DNA from: an uncultured Candidatus Saccharibacteria bacterium
Lineage (GTDB): Bacteria; Patescibacteriota; Minisyncoccia; Phycocordibacterales; UBA5272
Assembly (NCBI GenBank): GCA_964510805.1
Contig: CAZEDG010000002.1
Span: 7,653 to 71,652, forward strand
DNA: 64,000 nt
Direction: 5' to 3'
This document shows positions 58,315-64,000 of this stretch, piece after piece; within the stretch, counting starts at the first letter, position 1, and each line of letters begins with the position of its first letter. A program made the position numbers and the translations under genes. The notes beneath the pieces were generated by a model. The model searched no databases. It saw only the letters and a program-made list of their open reading frames with translations, and was not told where the DNA came from.

Positions 58315-59052
58315 ATGAGTCAACAAGCTACAGTAAACTGGGAATCTTACGCTCGTGATTACGATGCGCTAAACGCCTTAAACCCTTACCATGAAATGCT
58401 TAAGCTTGTCACTTCCTATGTGCCCAAAAATGGAAAACTTCTTGATGCATCTTGTGGAACAGGCAACCTTGAAATAAGGCTACCAAATGATAGCCTCATT
58501 CAAGTAACCGGGGTTGATTCTTCTCAAGAAATGCTTGCACGTGCAAAACAAAAACATAAAGAAAATCAAAACTTTTCTTTTGTATTTGGGGACCTTAATA
58601 AGCAACTTGATTTTCCTCATAATTTCTTTGATTCGATTGCTTGTGTTAATACGCTCTATGCTGTTGATGATCCTATTTTTACTCTCAGGGAATTCAAGAG
58701 GGTTTTAACACCTAACGGGACCCTGGTTGTGGTTACACCAAAAGTAGGCTTTGAAAATGGAATTATTCTCAAAGCTCACTGCCGGAGTGCTGAAGAGGAT
58801 GAGCATTGGGCAAATGTTCATTCTTCTGAAGAAAGAGAGCGTACACTTATAACAGAAGCCCTTGGAGAAACAGAAGATGCAGAAGCAATGCTTAGAGTTG
58901 CTTCGCATAATAGACTTATTCGTGGCAGGAACTATCATTTCTTCAAACAAGCAGAACTGCTGAACCTGATCCGATTACTTGGATTCAAAATTGTTTTCAA
59001 AGATTTCACGTACGGAAATCAGGCGCTTTTTTTTGTCGCAACGAAAGAGTAA
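58315..59052 (+). CDS. Class I SAM-dependent methyltransferase
   Basis: LLDASCGTG, GVDSSQEML, RVLTPNG. Confidence 0.92.
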   Translation: MSQQATVNWESYARDYDALNALNPYHEMLKLVTSYVPKNGKLLDASCGTGNLEIRLPNDSLIQVTGVDSSQEMLARAKQKHKENQNFSFVFGDLNKQLDFPHNFFDSIACVNTLYAVDDPIFTLREFKRVLTPNGTLVVVTPKVGFENGIILKAHCRSAEEDEHWANVHSSEERERTLITEALGETEDAEAMLRVASHNRLIRGRNYHFFKQAELLNLIRLLGFKIVFKDFTYGNQALFFVATKE

Positions 59053-59066
59053 CCTAGGAGAATACA

Positions 59067-59747
59067 ATGCTTCAACACGGAAGTAGTATTGTCACAAAAG
59101 GAAGTCAACAAAAAATCTTCCCATGGCAAAATCTTCAATTTATTCACGCTCTACAAAACCCTGTTCGTCCAATAGAAGGAACAGATCTTAGTTTCTGTAT
59201 CCTCTCCACAGAAGATGAGCTTGACCAGGCATTCAAAAAACGCTACCAAGTATTCTGTGAAGAACAGAGAATTGCCCCGGTTGAAAACTACCCAGACAAA
59301 AAAGAAACAGATGACTACGACAGCAATTCCATACACACCGCAGTGTTGCGTGGCGACGAAATCTTGGCATACACAAGACTTGTACTCCCTTGCGAACAAT
59401 TCCCTATGGAGAGAACAAACTTTCTTCCCGAAGACCGCTTTGAAAGGTCTCGTTCAGTTGAAGTGTCGCGAGCACTTACGGATCAGTTAGTCCGAAAAGA
59501 CAGGAATCAGATTCTTCTCTCTAAGGACCTTATATGGCATCTCTTCAACGGTATCTACTGTATTTGCCAGGAAGCTGAGGTCGATGCAATCTTGAGTTTC
59601 TCAACTGCTGTCATGAATAATGGATATCGTAAACGAGGCGTTCCGATGCGTTACGTTGGGGAACAGGTCCTTTATCACGGCCACCCGAGCTTCCCTCTTA
59701 TTATCGATGTTGACCGAGAGCGTACACCAAGTTTCTTGTTGCACTAA
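59067..59747 (+). CDS. LuxI/FeeM-fold N-acyltransferase (autoinducer or N-acyl amino acid synthase-like)
   Basis: RYQVF, ETDDYD, TRLV and EVSR motifs; AGGAG RBS. Confidence 0.8.
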   Translation: MLQHGSSIVTKGSQQKIFPWQNLQFIHALQNPVRPIEGTDLSFCILSTEDELDQAFKKRYQVFCEEQRIAPVENYPDKKETDDYDSNSIHTAVLRGDEILAYTRLVLPCEQFPMERTNFLPEDRFERSRSVEVSRALTDQLVRKDRNQILLSKDLIWHLFNGIYCICQEAEVDAILSFSTAVMNNGYRKRGVPMRYVGEQVLYHGHPSFPLIIDVDRERTPSFLLH

Positions 59748-59817
59748 AATCTTTGTCTTTACAGTCTCACATTGTGGGGCTGTTTTTCTTTTGCAAGAAG
59801 AGATACACTATACTGTA

Positions 59818-61756
59818 ATGTTTTTTTTAGGCATACTTATTTTCGTTTTAAATCTTAGTCTTGGTTTTGTTACGTTTTATCAAAAAAGAACCCTAGAAGC
59901 AAAAATTTTTAGTACTTTTGCTGTCGGTTTTGGTGTTTGGGCTTTCAGTGTGTACAGGACAATCGAAACCTCTTCATTATTTTGGGGAAGAACCGCTTTC
60001 GCTGGAGCAATAACTGGAATAGGTTCTATTTTTTTGTTTTCTTTAATTTTTCCAGGCAATAAAGCTATATCAAAAAAAATCCTATTCTTTATCTCTCTCC
60101 CCACTGTTTTACTCCTTGTTGCAACGTATACGAATCTAATGATAACTTCTGTAAAAGTTTTAAATGGAGCAATTAGTGGAACCTTTGGACCTCTCATGAA
60201 ACTCTATCAATTTTTTGCACCTATTTATATCTTTGGTAGTCTTTTTGTTATTTTCAAAAAATATAAAAAAGCATACAGGGAAGAAAAAATTAAAATAATG
60301 TATGCCTTTATTGGTATTTCTTTATTTGTCGGCCCAGCAGTGATAACCAATGCAGTCCTCCCCCTTTGGTTTAATATTTATTCACTCAATACAATTGGGC
60401 CGATCTTTTCTATCTGTATGGTTAGTTTTATTTCATACGCCATCATTCGCCATCAATTCTTAGATATAAAAATTATTATCCAAAGAGGTCTTGTCTACTC
60501 TGTACTTTTTTCCTTCATCGTCATTCTCTACATAAGTACACTCTTTACAGTCGAACACCTTCTTCCGATTGATCACGACAGAACTCTTCTCCTTGTCTCG
60601 ATTATCACTACTGCATTTGGAATATTTACTGTACCTTATCTTAACCGACTTCTCGAAAAAGTTACCGATCCAATCTTCTTCAAAGGAAGATATAACTACG
60701 CCGATACTGTCGCTCTTCTTACAAAAACACTCAATGACACAATCTCACTTACAAGTATTGTCAAAAAAACAACCAGTATCCTCAAAGAAAAACTAAAAGT
60801 GAGCGAAGTCATCTTTGATCTTTCGCAAGATAAAGAAAAAAAAATATAATGAAATGCTTTCTTTCTCTATTACGAGTAATCGTAAACATATAGGAACGCT
60901 GTATCTTGGTGATAAAAAATCAGGTGACCCTTACTCAAAAACAGATATCCTTCTTCTTGAAACGTTCACCAAACAAGCAGGGATAGCCCTCGAAAAAGCT
61001 AACCTCTATGACAAAATAAAAGAACATGCGAGCACCCTCGAACAAAAAGTAAGTGAACGCACTAAAGAGCTTGAAGTCCTCCAAAGAGAAAAAGAACTTC
61101 TTATGCTTGAGATTTCTCACGGTCTACAAACCCCTCTTACTATTATTAAAGGAGAGCTCTTCTTCCTCAAAAAGGAAGGAGCTGATGAATCAAGACTTGT
61201 GACTGTTGATAGTTCAATTGATCGTATTTCTCATTTTATCTATCGACTTCTTAGTCTTGCACATGTAGAAAAGCAAGAGAAAAAAGAGCTTGCACTTCTT
61301 CCTCTTAACGAAGTAATCGAAGATACTCTGTCACTCTTTGAAGCTAATATAGAAGAAAATGCAATCAACTTACATATGTCACTTGAAGAAAATGTTGTAA
61401 TAGAAGGCAACAAAAATGATCTTGATGAACTTATCTCCAACCTCATCAGTAACGCGATTAAATACATTGGTTCTACGGTAAATAAAACAATTACACTAAC
61501 GCTTACAAAAAAAGGCAAACAAGCAATACTTACCATACAAGATACAGGTATTGGCATGGATGAAGATGAGCTCAAGCATCTCTTCGAAAAATTCTATCGT
61601 GTAAAAAATAGCGAAACAAAAGGTATCAAAGGCACAGGCCTTGGTCTTGCAATAGCAAAGAAGATTATAGAAAACCACAGAGGGACAGTTCAAGTGATGA
61701 GCGCAAAAGGTATAGGCACCACCTTTACTATCACCTTCCCTCTTGCAAAAGAGTAA
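59818..61756 (+). pseudogene. 7TM sensor histidine kinase split by a +1 frameshift in an A9 tract (60836-60844)
   Basis: 7TM part ending YAIIRHQFLDI (59818-60849); HisKA/HATPase part ISHGLQTPL, NAIKY, DTGIG, GTGLGL (to 61756); A8 would fuse the two. Confidence 0.85.
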
Positions 61757-61796
61757 CAACAAAAAAACTACTTACAGAAAGTAAGTAGTTTTTTTG

Positions 61797-62909
61797 TTAT
61801 AAAGCAACCACTTCTTTTTGTTCTTGCTTTCTTGCTTCTAAGATACGATCTCGTACTAAGATGAGCGCGACAACATACATACTCTCTGCCCACCCAAGAG
61901 GAATATTGTCGTTTGGTTGTGTTGTGTGTGAATACCAGAGTTCAGGAATAAGACCATCTTGATTAATCGTGTTACCTGCTCGCATGAGATACTCTTTTGC
62001 TTTTAGAAGATCACCTCGCTTGGCATAAATAATTGCAAGCCATGCAAGCCCCATAGACCACTCAGCTTCTTCACTATATCCATCTTCGTTCTTATTGTAA
62101 TAACGATCATTACGATATCTGATAATCCCTTGATCGCGGAGCAAAAAGTACTCGACATTATCAAGAATCTTTCTTGTCTCTTCTTCCGTAGTTACCTCAA
62201 AAGGAAAAATAAGGGTAAGGAGAGCGAGATCACAAAACCTAGTCTTGGTTTCTCTTGGAAGAAGATCACGAAGTGCTTGTTCACCTTTTTCTATCATTCC
62301 TTCTGGAACAGTGACATAAGGAAGTGCTTTTGCGGTGATAAGTGCCCGTACCACAGAACCAATTGATGAAGCTCTTACTTCTTGATTCTCTTCCCAAATA
62401 CCAGAATCAGGATCATGCCAATACTCGATAGTATTGAGATAGTTCACAATAAGCTGTACCACTGCACGTTCCTCATCATTGTATGCAACGGTGTATCCTT
62501 CGAGCTCACACTGTGCGATAAGATAAAGCACTTCTCCTACCGCATCGTGTTGCTTATTCCCCCACTCTTCCCAATACTCCTCAAAAGTCTCAGGATTATA
62601 CCGAGCATGAATAAATTGCCAGGTTTCGTACGGTCTATTCTCTACCGCCCAATTAATTTTATCTTTATGTTTAAGAATGATAAGAAGGAGTGCTCTTGCA
62701 GTCTCTTGTACTGTCGTCATTTCACCATTAAAACGAAATCCGAGTGTCATAAAATACACATCTCTAAGCCATGCTTTGTTGTACCCTGTTGCAACATCAT
62801 GTGCAGACGCAGTAAAAAGCCCTGTCGAAGTACGAAGTCTTCTCACTTGATCAAGGTGCCACTTGATGGCTGGTTCAAACTCAAATTTTTCAAAGTACTG
62901 TTCGATCAT
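61797..62909 (-). CDS. Glycoside hydrolase family 15-like protein
   Basis: YNKAWLRD, GIWEE, IRYRNDRY, IPEL, PLGWA. Confidence 0.88.
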   Translation of the reverse strand: MIEQYFEKFEFEPAIKWHLDQVRRLRTSTGLFTASAHDVATGYNKAWLRDVYFMTLGFRFNGEMTTVQETARALLLIILKHKDKINWAVENRPYETWQFIHARYNPETFEEYWEEWGNKQHDAVGEVLYLIAQCELEGYTVAYNDEERAVVQLIVNYLNTIEYWHDPDSGIWEENQEVRASSIGSVVRALITAKALPYVTVPEGMIEKGEQALRDLLPRETKTRFCDLALLTLIFPFEVTTEEETRKILDNVEYFLLRDQGIIRYRNDRYYNKNEDGYSEEAEWSMGLAWLAIIYAKRGDLLKAKEYLMRAGNTINQDGLIPELWYSHTTQPNDNIPLGWAESMYVVALILVRDRILEARKQEQKEVVAL

Positions 62910-62923
62910 AGATTTTGTTTATA

Positions 62924-63379
62924 TTATCCTGTTTGCTTCACCAAAAACTTCTCATCATTCGCTGAATCTTTTGTTACCCCACCCGGAGAAGTAACTCTTT
63001 CTACTAATGAAGCAATTAAAGCTGGTTTTACATTAAGTGCTTTCATTTCTCCAACAATAAGAGCAAGTGCCTGCACAGCATTAAGAGCTTCTAGAATCTT
63101 TGCTCCGCCCTGCTGTTCTCTGTAACCTTCTTGATTACTGAGGTACTCTTGAGTTAATCGTGTCGCTTCTTGTATCTCTGCCATTGTGCGATCAAATTCT
63201 GTAGTCACAGGATAACCTCTTCCATTTACCTCAAACATCTTATATGGTTCTTTTTTTGCTTCTAATTGTAATTCTATGTGACGAAAACCATCGCTGATTG
63301 CTTGAGCAAGCTTTTCCTTTGGATTATATTCCTGTTTTTGAGGAGATTGCGATACTTGTGGAGCTTGATTAAAATGCAT
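62924..63379 (-). CDS. Hypothetical protein
   Basis: 151-aa ORF after TATACT. Confidence 0.6.
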   Translation of the reverse strand: MHFNQAPQVSQSPQKQEYNPKEKLAQAISDGFRHIELQLEAKKEPYKMFEVNGRGYPVTTEFDRTMAEIQEATRLTQEYLSNQEGYREQQGGAKILEALNAVQALALIVGEMKALNVKPALIASLVERVTSPGGVTKDSANDEKFLVKQTG

Positions 63380-63441
63380 ATATCGTAAGTATACACCCTT
63401 TCCACGAGAAGTTAAGCGGATACACTTTTTACAAAAACATG

Positions 63442-63699
63442 TTATTTACCAAGCACTTTATGAACCTCCGTCCAAGGACCGCAATCAGTGACATCTGTAA
63501 AACCAAGTGACACAAGCATACTTTTTGCAAAAGCACTTCTTCTACCTGACGCACAACATGTTGCAAGCGGTGTATCTTTTGAAAGATTTTGTACATATCC
63601 TTCCAACGTTCCAAGTGGAACGTTGACTGCACCTTCTGCGTGCCCTCCATCATATTCTTCTTTTTCTCTCACATCAAAACAAATGACTTCTTTTTTCAT
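63442..63699 (-). CDS. Rhodanese-like domain protein
   Basis: DVREKEEYDGGHAEGAVNVP, CASGRRS. Confidence 0.92.
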   Translation of the reverse strand: MKKEVICFDVREKEEYDGGHAEGAVNVPLGTLEGYVQNLSKDTPLATCCASGRRSAFAKSMLVSLGFTDVTDCGPWTEVHKVLGK

Positions 63700-63775
63700 A
63701 TACCTTTAAGTATAACGTACTCTGTGAATACAAAAAATAACTCATGCTATGCTACAACTTCTGACACACTTTTTT

Positions 63776-64000
63776 ATGATGGATCAAGAATCTTTTTATG
63801 ACTCATTTGCACCTTGGTATGACATCTACTGTGAATCACAGTCATTAAAAAAATTACTTAATGAGGAAATAAAAATACTAGCATCCCTTCATCCAAAAAA
63901 AATATTAGAGCTTGGCATGGGTACTGGCAGATTTGCAAGAGAATATCTTAATCGATATCCAAAAACTACTTATATCGGCATTGATTCGTCGATTCAAATG
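63776..64000 (+). CDS. Class I SAM-dependent methyltransferase, N-terminal part (runs off window end)
   Basis: Manual translation: MMDQESFYDSFAPWYD...ILELGMGTGRFA...IGIDSSIQM. Confidence 0.85.
   Translation, partial: MMDQESFYDSFAPWYDIYCESQSLKKLLNEEIKILASLHPKKILELGMGTGRFAREYLNRYPKTTYIGIDSSIQM

Overview
Chromosomal segment of a small-genome bacterium, most likely Patescibacteria/CPR (Parcubacteria). Evidence: rplK with no rplA behind it, many apparently leaderless core genes, IleRS2 with an inserted histidine-phosphatase domain, and tRNA-Ile(UAU). Housekeeping genes: secD (partial), recG, ftsH, smpB+tmRNA, infC-rpmI-rplT, ndk, rpsF-ssb-rpsR, tatD, metG, recO, ileS (with T-box), argS, folA/dut/thyA/dCMP deaminase, secE-nusG-rplK. 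Accessory content: surface proteins (one exactly duplicated, one Cys-rich repeat protein), a NYN nuclease, a GIY-YIG nuclease, a RelE-type TA pair, and a two-component cluster with a LuxI/FeeM-fold acyltransferase. The most striking signals are non-coding or intragenic. (1) A three-layer nested ('matryoshka') tRNA-Ile(UAU) locus, each layer sitting in the anticodon of the previous one. (2) Tandem structured units regenerating the 3' end of tRNA-Ser. (3) A family of modular intergenic hairpins made of one REP-like core plus interchangeable heptamer-repeat arms. (4) A GxxExxY domain inserted in frame in RecG between inverted 10-11-bp-periodic repeats. (5) A NYN gene bracketed by promoter-bearing antisense hairpin RNAs. 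All calls are by eye from the sequence and ORF track; no searches were run.
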